From Lama glama (Eukaryota): a stretch of DNA of 64,000 bases. Positions 37,865-49,859 of the stretch are shown piece by piece. Numbering within the stretch: the stretch's first letter is position 1; every line of letters starts with the position of its first letter. The notes under the pieces are model-generated. The model saw nothing but the letters and a program-made list of their open reading frames with translations. It did no database searches and was not told the DNA's origin. The stretch spans positions 81,408,001-81,472,000 of the forward strand of contig CM052817.1 in NCBI GenBank assembly GCA_028534125.1. Direction: 5' to 3'. The position numbers were made by a program, and so were the translations under genes.

Positions 37865-38050
37865 AAAGCAGACAAAGACTTCTTTGGGCAGCCCAGACAG
37901 GCGTGCGGTGGAGGGCTGCACTGATGTCCGGCCCCTGCGCCCAGACACCCGGAGAACCAGAGCAGGCGTCTGGCACCTGCTGAGCCAGACGGGGCACCGA
38001 GGCTGAAACCCCCTGCTGGGAGGCGCGGCTGCCTGAGGGAAGGACAGATT
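37865..38050. promoter_or_regulatory. GC/CpG-rich non-repeat patch, candidate enhancer with clustered SMAD-binding elements
   Basis: Locally high GC and CpG in an AT-rich window; five CAGAC/GTCTG boxes in 122 bp, plus GGCG motifs and an E-box CACCTG. Function is inferred only. Confidence 0.4.
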
Positions 38051-38539
38051 CCTAGTGCTCCCCTTGACCTCTGTCGCCGGTTTATGATATTATGAAAAGG
38101 GTAACTCTGTATTTCAGGGAGTTATTAGAATTATTAGTGAGATACCTAAAGGAACTCAAGGTGTTGACTATTACTATCACTAAAAATATGAAATATGTAA
38201 AAAATGTCTAATGATTCTATACACGAGGTGTGAATAGATTGCTTCCTGACATGTGGAAATGAATGTGGAATTGAAGTTGGGTCACATCTCTGTCATCCTA
38301 GCCAATTCCTAGTTTCCTGAATTGGGGTAATAATTTACTTTGTTTCATTCTTAGCCGTTTTTCCTTAAAATCTTTATTCTTCAAAATGTTTTTGGGTCTT
38401 TGGGTTTTAATGGCCACTAATCTTACAGGCTAGTACAGACTAGCGGACAAAAGAAGAGAGACAATTCAGTCTAAGTGTTGAGGAGCTGTTTCTGCAAAGG
38501 TTTCTCACATGTTACTTGACTGAGCCCATTAGAAAGCTG

Positions 38540-39150
38540 GGTAATGCCCAGTGCTGGCAGAAAGGTGTGGGTATGGAAACCCTCAGCCATTCTGGCCAAC
38601 AGCCTGGCACTATTTGGAAATATTAAGCATAAACACAGCTCATAACTCAGGAGTTCTTCTTCAGGGTCCATGTACCAAAGAAGTTCTTACATGTTCATAA
38701 TGGGGCATTGTCATTGCAACATTCATGCATGTGTGAGGTGCCTGTGTGTGAGTATTCCTGTGGGTGTGAGTGTATGCAAGTGTGTATATGTGAGAATGAG
38801 TGTGAATGAGAGAGTGTGTGTGTGTGTGTGTGTGTGCATGCACATGTGATGGAAGATTCATCCAGGCAACCCAAATGACCAACACTGGGAGAGTGGACAC
38901 ATCACAGAATATATACAACAATTAGATACAAAGATTACTCAGAGTAAGAGCAATGTAGTTAGATCTTAAATACAAAGTATTTAGTGAAAAGTAAGAAACA
39001 AAGAGAACTTTATTTTTTTTTCAAAGAGAACTTTAAAACAGCACATTTACATACATTTGAAAATGCATGTGTTCAAGCTATAGAGTTTGGAAACATATAC
39101 AGATAAACTAATTCTCATTAAACAGTGAATAATTGCAGCATTGCATGTGG
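38540..39150 (+). mobile_element. Ancient L1 (L1ME-like) 3' region with a TG-rich microsatellite (~38730-38836)
   Basis: 'aatgcccagtgctggcagaaaggtgtgggtatggaaaccctca' and 'gcaacccaaatgaccaacactggga' resemble degraded ORF2 end sequence. Confidence 0.6.
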
Positions 39151-42100
39151 CAGAGTGAGGGACAGGAGTGGATGAGCAGCTAAAAGGTAATAAATAAATT
39201 CCTACAACAAGAGGGCACCTTTGGACCCATGATGATAACGAGGCATGAAATGAGCACATGCACAGGCTAGAATTTGTAAATACGTAAAATGACTGTGACG
39301 AGGGGTTCCCAGAGGAATTGAGGTTTAAGATGGGTTTTGTGCGTGTGAGCAGGAGTTGACCAGGCAAAGTGGTGGAGAGGGAAAACTTATCAGAAAGAAG
39401 AGGACTCTAGTCTGTTCTGAGCAGTAGAAGCAGCACATCAATGGTTTGAAGTCAAAAGTGTTTACCTTCCACAGGGGGTTGTAGGTCAGTCTGTGCAGGA
39501 CAAGAGCGCAGATGTTACAGTGAAGCTGTAAGATGAAAGAACTGAGAGGCAGGCAGGGTCTGCCTGATGCAGGACCTCGCCATCAGTGTCTCCATGTCTG
39601 CGTGGGGCTCTGAAGGTGATGGGGAGGGTGTTCAACTAGACAGTGATATGATTCTTCTTTTTGTATTTTAAACCATTCTCTCTCTCATTTGGGGGACTCT
39701 CTCTCTCTATAAAGCCAATTCAAGTCTCATTTCATCCACAAAGTTTTTCTTAGTCCAATTCCTAAACAAATTGTATATAATCTCTTCTTGGGAACTTCTG
39801 CAGCATTTAGTACTTTCTTATGCACTTAGCTTATTCTTTCTTACAATTATGTGTCTTTTCCTTAACTTTCCATTTGATGCCTAGTAAAGTAGGGGACAGT
39901 TATAGATGGCAGAAAATGCCAAATCACCCAGTGTTAGTACAGATCAAAATGAACTAAGTCACATGGCAAACGGCTTAAAGAGGGGAGAGGAAGTTCTACT
40001 TAAGTATCAGGGCTCAGATTTAAGCAGCAAATGTGGTAGGGAAATTTAGTAAGGTTTCCTTGGGATGTGCTATCAAAGAGGAAGGCAATTATAGTGAGCA
40101 TTAGAGGGGCAGAGAGTAAAACTGAAGGAAAATTTTATTTTCATGGAGTGATTTTTGATTTCAAAGAGAAATTTCCAATCTTTTGAGAGGTATCTTAATC
40201 CTTGTGAGTGGTGCAGTCTCCATCCCTTGCATTTTCATTTTGTCTTAATAGATCTGATAATCTGGATGGGAAAATGGAGCAACTACTGAACTGTCAACTA
40301 CAGTGTCAAGAGCCTGTCTACATTTAGCATGGATGGATAACATGACCTTCAAAAATGGAGAAGGCACATTTCAGATGTACACTGAATTCTTTAGTCATTT
40401 GAAATGAAGGTTAATACTCTTATTAATGATAATAGAAATTTGATGAGATAAATATAATATGGGAAAAGTTTCATTGTTCCTTGAATTCAAGTGTTTAGAT
40501 TATGTATTATGAAAATTTCTGAATCCCTACTTTGAACATTGCTGCTCAAGTAGCTTATAAATAAAATGAATGTTTGGTAAATCAATTTCTTAGTTAAATC
40601 ATTCCCTGTCAGCTCAACCACAGAATTTACAAACAAATATAAATTTCATGCCAAAATTTTCCAACAGACTTTGTTAGTGCAGTAATAATTCCCAAATAAT
40701 TTGGCAACGGGCCCATGAAAATGTTTATTAGTTATCTGCCCATTTTCCCAAAGTTCCACCACCTCTTCCTGCCCCACCTCCTTCTCCTCTAAACCTCCTA
40801 TCAGCTCGGAATTCTCATGGGTTTTCAGTGGCTTTCTATTGAAAATGTTTATAAAAACTTTTGTGTCATTACAGTGATGTAAGCATTTTCAAAAATCTGT
40901 GTTTGGTCATATGTTCCTAGCAGTGATAGGCTTCTGTACAAGTCTTTGGAGGAGTCTAGTCCCATTCATTTGCCAGTACAAAGGCAACCGTTGCCAGATT
41001 TAGTTCCAGTAAAGTGGAGGGCTGCCCAAGCGTTTGCTTCATTTGGAATATTCTTGCAGTCAAATATTTACACGGAGCCCCCAGATCCTCTGGCTTAAAT
41101 AGTTTATATTATTTCCAACCCACTGTCTATTTAAAAACCATTTAGTTTGGATGGTGGTATAGACCTGGTCTAGTTTCCGAGGGGAAACAGTGAGCACCAT
41201 TATTGGTCCCTGTTAAAACAAGATTAGCCAACACACTGGGAATTGTACAAACAGAAGAACGCTTACCCATTCTAAAGTGTGCTTGTTTCTTCACAAATTT
41301 ATCTTTGAAATGCACTGTTGTTTGGGAATTAGATCTTGGAATGTTATTCTGAAAGTTTCCCGAAGTAGTGACTGATAAAGGCTACTTGGAACTGTGTAGA
41401 ATAATCTTAAAAGAAAGGCAAAAATTAGCTGTTTGGGAGCCTATGACAGAAATGTTAAAATATTTGAAAACTTGTATGAATGTAGAGAATCATATTTTAA
41501 TTAAGAATCTATTCCTTTAAATGTAATTATTTCACTGATCCTGCCAAACCGCTCTTCAGATGCACTCTGTAGACAAGGATTTATTATGTGGAAGAAAGAA
41601 CGATGTGTTTTATATAACCTTTTATTTCATGTCCTGGGTTAATATAATAGACAAGTTCTAACTATGTTATGTGTCAGCTAAGAGTATAATTATAACTTCA
41701 TTGATGAACTGCAAGAGTTGTTTAGGCTAATGTGCTGATTTAGGTAGCACTGCTGCATGAGAGATTTACAACCTAAGGAAAGTTCTACGCTGAGGACAGA
41801 AGATCATGTCTAACTGCATTAAAGATACTCAATTACACACATATTTTAAAACTGCAGTGAGCATGCCAATATATATCTACAAGCATTAGATTATATCCTG
41901 TCCCTATACTGTTCATTCTGGTGCTATTTCCATTACACTGCCAACGAGGTTTGCTAAACAAGTAGCTGAATGATTGCTGCTCAGTCAGAACAAAGTGTCA
42001 CTAAGAGATACTGTGTCTCTGACGACGAGCCATTTGTCTGCACAAGGGAGATAGCAACCTCGGCTTTATGACTTTTCTTTAAAATGCTAATCAAATATGT

Positions 42101-44026
42101 TAATAGACAAAATAAATTTGCAAATTAATATTTTTAAATTGTGTATTTAGATGTTTAAACTAAACTCCCTTTCTCTTTATCTTGAAGAATTTTCTGAGTG
42201 CAATCATTTGGTCTTTCTTGATCTAGTCTCTTCCAGTACTACTAGAGTATTTTGCATTTGTTTCCACTTCCGTGTATTATCGTCTTATAATTTTCTTAAA
42301 TATATCTGCTCCCAGGTTAGATAGTTGAACTTCTTATTGCAGGAAATGGTAAATGCAACTTCTTATTTTCAGTTTAGTCTGGGATCTGGTGCATTGTAGA
42401 AATCTGAGATATGTTTCATAACTGTTGAATACAAATCACCTTGCAAAGCACAGCTCCTTCCTGCTCAAACATGCATATGGTGAGAAAAAAAAACTCCATT
42501 AACTGCTTCACCGATTTAAATTTGATACTCTCTCATCCATTAATTTGTGTCAATGAAAGTAAAATAAAGTAAAGGAAATACTGATCCTAGTTGGAGCTGC
42601 TGTTTTTGAACTCTCTGATAAATTAAACTGCGAAAGTTTAGACAGTGCAAGTCCTTGAAGCAATAGTTTTGCAAAGTCATTAAGTATTAGACCCAGGAAA
42701 CTACATTTCTGCACAACAGTAAACTTGCTTCACTGATATGCTTAAGACGGCACATAAATATTATTCTTGGTCCCTTTGATAGCAGCGGAGCGCACAGTCC
42801 ATGCCTTGCTGGTCTTTAAGCATTTTAACAGATATTTCCATGGACAAGTTTGCTTTTTTCTTTTTCTGCTTTATAAAACTTGGCACTTTTTGAAAATAAG
42901 AGTTTCCTGTGCCCTCCTTGTGATTTTTTTTAAACTCAGAAATTTGGGTTTTCACAAGCTCCCCTAGATGATTCTTCTTTTAATCAAGCTGAATAAACCC
43001 TGGACTAATTAACTTAAAACTCTCTCTCTTGTGTTTTAAATATGACTCCTTAATAGGTAACTGGCATCTATTATGGGGACAAAAGAGTGGAGGAGGGAGA
43101 CAGAAAGAGACTGAGAATATCTCAAGCACAAACATAGTTGGTGACCTGAGAACTGTCACTCGGTTATAACCTTCCCGGAGGAGATGTAATACAAATGAGA
43201 AGCCTTGAAATGGTGCATATGCTCTGACTCCTCAGTTCCTCTCCTAAGAATCTAAATCACTCACCATAAAATTATACAAATATTCATAATTGAATATTTA
43301 ATTGATGATATGAATACATCTTTCAGGATGTACAGGGGAGTCAGTTTTTAAACAGTGAAACTTTGGAAACAATGTGAATACCTAAGCATTTGATTAAAGG
43401 AAATATGTTACAACAGTGCATTTCTCTTTTCTGATCCTGGAATAGGTTATGTCTTTACCCTCTTAGCATTGAGCTCTCCTTAGTCCTCTGTATACTTAAT
43501 AGTCCTTTGTTTTTATTTGTTTCTCTCCTTATATTGTAAATCCCATAGTGATGGAAACTGGTTATTATATCTGCAATACTTAGAATAGGGTTTGGAACAT
43601 AGGCAGCTCTTAAAAAAAAGTGTGTTACATGATAAAGAGGAGCTACGCTGCTGGAAAATATTTATTATCTTGGAAAGTTGATGATATTTTCAGCTGCTGA
43701 AAAACAATTATAATTTACATTATGTTCTTGCCTTAGGAAAATGGATTTCTGCATTGAAAACTTGGACGTTTAAATACTAGAAAGAGAGTGTTACATTGTA
43801 GAGTTGTGTTTATTGGTAAATTTTGTGAAGTCAGGTATTTAAAGAAAAAGAAGAAGATCAGGCTGGGTCTGTGCATGTGAATTCCCGCACACGCTGGGCT
43901 TGTGTGTGTACGTACACAGTTATCTGCAAACATGCTCTTTAGAAAAATGTGGATTCCACTAATGACTTGATGGATGATTTGACTATATTGTTTGAGTAAT
44001 AACATTAATGATCCCTCTAGAAATTA

Positions 44027-44126
44027 NNNNNNNNNNNNNNNNNNNNNNNNNNNNNNNNNNNNNNNNNNNNNNNNNNNNNNNNNNNNNNNNNNNNNNNNNN
44101 NNNNNNNNNNNNNNNNNNNNNNNNNN
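44027..44126. other. Assembly gap (100 N)
   Basis: Run of N. Confidence 1.
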
Positions 44127-45060
44127 CAATCCAATTAACAAATGGGTAGAGGACCTGAATAGACAGTTTTCCCAAGAAAACACACAGATGGCCAACAGGT
44201 ACATGAAAAGATGCCCAGTATCACTAATAATCAGGGAAATGCAAATCAGAACCCCACTGAGATATCATCTCACACCTGTTGGAATGGCTATTGTCAAAGG
44301 GATGAGATAACAAAGGCTGGTGAGGATGTGGAGAAAGGGGAACCCTTGTGTACTGTTGATGAGGATGTCAATTGGTGCAGCCACTATGGAAAGCAGTGCG
44401 GAGGGTGATGAAAAATGTAAAAATAGAACTACCATACGATCCAGCAATTCCATACGAAGAATTTTGCTGTTATCCGAAGAAAGCAGAAACACTAACTTAA
44501 AAAAGATATATGCACCCCCATGTTTATTGCAGAATTATTTATAATAGCCAAGATATGGGACAATCTAAACTGTCCATAAAAAAGAATGAAATCTTGTCAT
44601 TTGCATGGACCTTGAAGGCATTATGCTGAGTGAAATAAGTCAAACAGTGAAAGAGAAATACTATATGAAGTCACTTATAAGGGGAGTTTGAAAAAACACA
44701 GGCTCCCAGATGCAGAGAACAGACTGGTAGTTGCCAGAGTTGGTGGTGGAGGGGTGGTGGGCAAAATGGGTGGAGTCATAAAACAGACTCTTCCAGGTAT
44801 AAAGTAAATAAGTAATGGGGATGTAGTGCACAGCAAGGCAACTACAGTTAGTAGTACTGTGCTGCATATTTCAAAGTTGCTAAGAGGGTAGATCTTAGAA
44901 GCTCTCATCTCAAGAAAAAAAATTCTATAGCTACATATGATGATGGGTGTTAATAGATTTATTGTGGTGGTCATTTTGCAATATATGCAAACATCAAATC
45001 ATTATGTTGTATACCTGAAATTAATATTATGTTCTATTTCAATTATGCTTTAATTTAAAA
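44127..45060 (+). mobile_element. LINE-1 3' end (L1MA/laurasiatherian type)
   Basis: It translates as [57 protein letters not shown] (L1 ORF2), followed by a 3' UTR ending 'tgttgtatacctgaaattaatattatgtt..caattat..aatttaaaa'. Confidence 0.95.
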
Positions 45061-45074
45061 GGGTACTAAATTCT

Positions 45075-45253
45075 GGCCGCCCTCTTTCGCTCCCTCCCCT
45101 TCGGAAACGTCCAGCACTCTTGTCTATGGAGTGTGTACCTACTTTTACTTTAACCTGAGCACCCAACTCCCACATCTCTTTCCTTGCCTTTCTCTTGCCT
45201 TACACTCTGTGCAGTATGTATCTCTCTAAGTAAATCTATCTTTACTAAAAAGG
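45075..45253 (+). mobile_element. Short polyadenylated retrocopy of an ERV-LTR-like R segment
   Basis: AGTAAA at 45229-45234, an A-rich tail from 45247, and flanking 18-bp direct repeats matching at 15/18 positions (45057-45074 and 45254-45271). Confidence 0.65.
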
Positions 45254-46395
45254 AAAAAGGTTCAAAATTCTAAAAAAGCAGTCTTAATAATAAGCACAAA
45301 TATATGTAGGTCCTTTCACATATATGAATCAAAGGAGATATGACAGTTATAGTATTTATAAGACATTAACATATGTAAAATTCTCATAAATATACTAAAC
45401 CACTTATATACCTGAAAAACTGGAGTCTCTTAGTCTTTTAAAATATCTACTAGGAGTTCATCTATACTTCTTTGCACTAAAACATTCGTTGCTATGTGAT
45501 TTTTGAAATTAAAAATGTGAGTAATGTGCTTGTGAATCCTTGCCAGAAATGACCATGCCATGAAATGGGGAGTGAAGACTTTAGATTCATAAAAACTGCA
45601 GTGCAGTCCTAACTCTGCCTCAGATCAGCTGTGTGAGCTGCGAAGTCACTGAAGCTCTCCATGCCATTTTCCTGTAAGGGGTCAGAGTGATAAATCCTAA
45701 GACTTCTTTCAACTCCATCCTTCTTCAGAGTTACTTGGTTCTGATAGATAACAAAAGTTGGGAGTAGTTAAAGGATAAGGAAATGTATTTCAGTCACTCT
45801 ATTCTTTTCCATGTTCCTCTGACTTCCTGCCTTGCTCAGCCAGTCATAATAATAATGATGAGAATGAGAATGATAATAGCAGTTATCAAAGGATGCTCCA
45901 TTTGTGACAAGTACTAAGCCCTATGCTCACATCAACTCATTTTGTTGACGTCTGGTTCCAGAGCCCATGCTCTTAACCACTCACTGGGGGCAGGTGGGGC
46001 AGTGACCTCCACAGCCGGAAGAGCCTCTGCCTCCACACCTGTCCCTGATTTCAGTCAGGGCTCCCTAGCTCTGCCCACTGTGACATGGCCATGTGTGGGC
46101 AAAGAGGGCTGTGGTAAGGGGTCAAAAAGGTTGAGGAGAGTGTCTTAGAGACAGTGTCTGCTTCCATGACTGTGGACCCAGTTGCTCTTGGGTGGTGGGC
46201 TGGCCTCAGCATAACTGTATAATAGTCCTCCATCCGCCTTGGCAAAGACATGAATGGGAACAGATTTAAATATTTACAATCTTCCTCTGGCCTGCTTTCT
46301 TAACACCGATGCTTTTGAAACTCTGGGACATTGACTAGCCAATGGAAGTCAATTAAGTGGTTTGTAGTCAGCTTTCAAAAATAAAACAGTCAGAT

Positions 46396-46584
46396 TATAA
46401 ACAACAAGTTTCTTCTGTATAGTACAGGGAACTATATTCAATATCTTGTAATAACCTATAATGAAAAAGAATATGAAAATGAATATATGCATGTATATGT
46501 ATGACTGAAACATTATGCTCCATACCAGAAATGGACACAACATTGCAAACTGACTATACTTCAATAAAAAAAATTTAAAAAAAA
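46396..46584 (+). mobile_element. Camelid-type LINE-1 extreme 3' end
   Basis: 'acaagtttcttctgtatagtacagggaactatattcaatatcttgtaataacctataatgaaaaagaatatgaaaatgaatatatg...ctgactatacttcaataaaaaaa'. Confidence 0.92.
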
Positions 46585-47399
46585 GACCATACATCTAATA
46601 AGAGGCTGGGAAAAAATAAAATAGAATCAAACATTCCAGGATTCATTATAAAAAGTAAAGATAAATACTGTTTTTTGAAGTGCTTGTTTCATGGGAATGC
46701 GTGTTCATGTGTGCGTGCCTAAGTTTGCTTACTTGTTTATAATTTAAAACGTGTTTCTCATTGTGAATAATATTCAGAAAAGTTTGGAAGCTCTATTATA
46801 AAACTGGAAAGAGGAAGAGGGTGGTGAAGGTCAAGTTTACTATGTTTGTTTTACAAGGTGATCAGTAATGTTCTATTTACACAACGCAAGTGTTTAAAAG
46901 CGAACCAATTATGCCTTCTCCACCTACATTTAAATTCTTCCTCAAATGAAGTCATTTAAATGATCTTGGTCAAGAAGAAACAAAATATTATTATTCTCCT
47001 ACCAATTGGATTTGTAGGAAAATGTAAAAATATAATTCTCTTTCTAATCAGTTTGCTTTGAAAGGAGATTCTTTATTGTTTGAATATTTTTCTCTTTTGA
47101 GTTTTGCCAAGGTTTTTCCTGTCATTACCCGCCCAAGTTTAATAGCCTACAGCACAGCTTCCCCAAACGTCACTAATCCTGTACAACAGAAATTTTACCA
47201 ATTATTTATTTTAAAGCAAGAAAAGAAAACACATGGACATTGCATGAGTGTTCGAGTCCAGGATGATTTGTTTCTGAATAAATCTATTCCACTTACTAGA
47301 TGGGTTATGGATGCAATTTTCTCAAGCTTCCCAAGCCAATTACCTCATTCATGAAAGCAGGTTAATAACAATCATTGTCCCACACTCCCCTTTATCACT

Positions 47400-48025
47400 C
47401 AAGCCCCTGCCTTAAGCATCTCTCTCCTGACCTAGACTTCTGAAGGCATCCTTACTTCTACCCTTGCCCCCTTGCAGTCTGGCTGCACTCAGGGGACAGA
47501 GTGATCTTTTAAAAACAGTAATCAGATCACTCTAGTTTCCTGTCCAAAACTTTCCAAAGGATACATTCATGTGTGATTTAGTTTTGGTTGTGTCTGCCAC
47601 CATCTCCAAGATGTCTCACTCTACTAACTGTCTACAAATTCATTCTACTCGAATAAATTCTAGCCTTCTTCGTGTTCCGTAAACACTTAGAACTCATTCT
47701 TACATTAGGGCATTTACTCTTGGCTTGACCTGCACCATTTTCTTCCAGATGTTCGTATAGCTCATGCCCTCACATCATTTCTGCATCTGGTAGAATGCCA
47801 TTTCCTTAAAACACACCACCTCTGCCTTCACCCTTTATTAGATTGCCTGCTTTAATTTATTCCTGGCACTTATCACTCACATGACATTATGTCCCTAGAA
47901 TTTGACTTCCATGGGGGCAGGGACTTTGTCTTGTTTACTGCTGAGTGCACAGCCCCCAAATCGTGCCTGGTGCTTAACTGTAAGTTAACTAGTTGTGCTT
48001 AACTAGTTGTTGAATAAATAATGAA
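47400..48025 (+). mobile_element. L2a 3' end
   Basis: 'cagagtgatcttttaaaa..atcagatcac', 'ttccatgggggcagggactttgtcttgtttactgctg' and the tail 'gttgaataaataatgaa'. Confidence 0.8.
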
Positions 48026-48230
48026 ATATTTTTAAGTTCTTGCAAGGCTGATATGTAGGTTAAATAAAATAACTTATAAGAAGTGTCTGTGATCATGCTT
48101 GGCACAAAATTAACATTTAATGTATGTCAGCTAATTTTATTGTCAGAGCTAAATTTCATTTTCCCATGCAGTGGGTAGTTATTATCAGGATAAAATATAA
48201 AAGCACACTTATTTTTCTGGAGCTGGATGC

Positions 48231-48666
48231 TGTGATGATTAATTTTTTTGTAGCAACTTGTCTAGCAAATTGGTCAAACATGATTCTGGATGTTTTCATG
48301 GATGTTTTTGGGTGAGATTTACATTTACACCGATAGACTTTAATAAAGCAGACTGCCATCTGCAATGTGGGTGGCCCTCATTTAATGGGTTTGAAGACTT
48401 GAAACAAAAACCTACTGTCCTAATCTCCAGCTGACTGCCCTTGGGCCTCCTCTGCAGCACCGGCTCTTCCTGGTTCCGCGGCAGAACACCTTCGGGCTTG
48501 AACTGCAACTCTTCGCCAAGTCTCCAGGCTGCTGACCTAACCCATCGTATTTTGCGTTCACCAAGGCTCCACAACCACATCTGCCAATTTTTTAAAAATA
48601 AATCTCTTTCTATATGTATACACACGTCGTATTGTCTCTGTTCTCTGGAGAACCCTGGCTAACACA
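48231..48666 (+). mobile_element. ERVL solo LTR (MLT2B-like)
   Basis: 'tgtgatgattaattt...gttctctggagaaccctggctaacaca' with a perfect TSD GATGC (48226-48230 and 48667-48671). Confidence 0.93.
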
Positions 48667-48671
48667 GATGC

Positions 48672-49115
48672 TTTCAGCTGCAAGTACGGTGTACCATCTG
48701 GTCTCTACCATGTCAGCTATCACCCGAGACTAAAACGTTAGGGTTTTTTTTTCCTCATACTGCAACACGTTTGCTTAGCAGCTCAAGGAGGACGGCTGCC
48801 GAGTGGCCTCTCTGCTGGCCTCGGTCTTCTCTTCTTAGTCACAGTCCAGCAGCTTCGCTTCCAAACAACTGGGTCCTCACACAGCCGCGTCAAGGGCAGG
48901 AAGCAGCAGTGGCTGCTTCTCACATCTAAGTCTCTTTCGTCAAGGAGGGCAATCTTTTACAGATGCCTCCCAAATTACTTCCCTTCATGTCTTAGCAACT
49001 GGAGTTTATTCCCTTTCCCATGCCTTCCCTGCCAGAGAAGCTGGGAAAATGCTACGCTAGCAAGAAAGAATGGCAGGAGGAGAGCTCTTGTTAAGCAACT
49101 GCAGCCGTGGCTGCG
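48672..49115 (-). mobile_element. Old MaLR LTR (MLT1K/L/N-like) that hosts the MLT2 insertion
   Basis: Removing the MLT2 restores 'ggatgctttcagctgcaagta', the antisense of an old-MLT1 end; 'cagagaagctgggaaaatg' lies downstream. Confidence 0.55.
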
Positions 49116-49180
49116 TGTCAGAAGAAACTACACCACAATGTAATGGAAGAAGTGGAGGATTCTAAATGAGTCGGACTGGG

Positions 49181-49760
49181 GGTATACGCTTATCATTACT
49201 ACAGAACAAATGACCACAAGTTTGGTGGCTTAAACAGCATACGCTCATCTCACAGTTTCTATGGGTCAGAAGTGTGAGCACAGCTTAGCTAATCAGTCCC
49301 CCTATTTAGGGGTTCCGGAGGCTGAAATCAAGGCAGGCACCAGGGGGCAGGATCGTCCTCAGCCCAGGGTCTTCTTCCAAACTCAGAATTTGGGCAGAAT
49401 TCTGATCCTTGTGGCTGTAAGACTGAAATTCCCCATCACACAAGCTCTCTCCGGACATGCCATCTGCTTCTTTAAGACTTAAGAAGGGAGCAGCTGTGCT
49501 GCTTTTTCGTGTCTCTCACTTCTAGACCCTCTTTAGGAGTGTCTCCCTCGTAATTAACTTGAAGTCAACGAATGGACTTGGGATCCTAGCTCTAGCTGCC
49601 CAGGCCCTTCACCTTTGACATGTAATCATAGCAATGATTTCTCAACATCTTTGCCACATTCTGTTGATTAAAAGCCAGTTGTAGGTCCCTCTCATACTCA
49701 GGAAGAAACTGTATAAGGGGTGGGTCAAGGATGATCATCTCAAAATTCTTGGTGCACCTG
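49181..49760 (-). mobile_element. MaLR LTR (MLT1E-like)
   Basis: 'aacaaatgaccacaagtttggtggcttaaacagca..tctcacagtttctatgggtcagaagt' and 'ttaacttgaagtcaac'. Confidence 0.85.
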
Positions 49761-49859
49761 GCTTCGCACTTCAATTCCATTACTTTTGTCTCTGTAACCT
49801 TTACTTAGTTTACTTCTCTGAAGTTTTCATACAGGCTTACCTTGTGCTTTAATCTATTT

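Noticed and set aside
40983..40995. ggcaac-c-gttgcc dyad as an RFX X-box
   Set aside because: The half-sites are in the reverse arrangement to the X-box (GTTGCC..GGCAAC), and 6-bp arms are frequent by chance.
21025..45060. Inverted L1MA-type copies (21 kb +, 30-31 kb -, 44 kb +) as a dsRNA or inversion system
   Set aside because: They are old, diverged, independent insertions separated by assembly gaps; this arrangement is expected at this L1 density.
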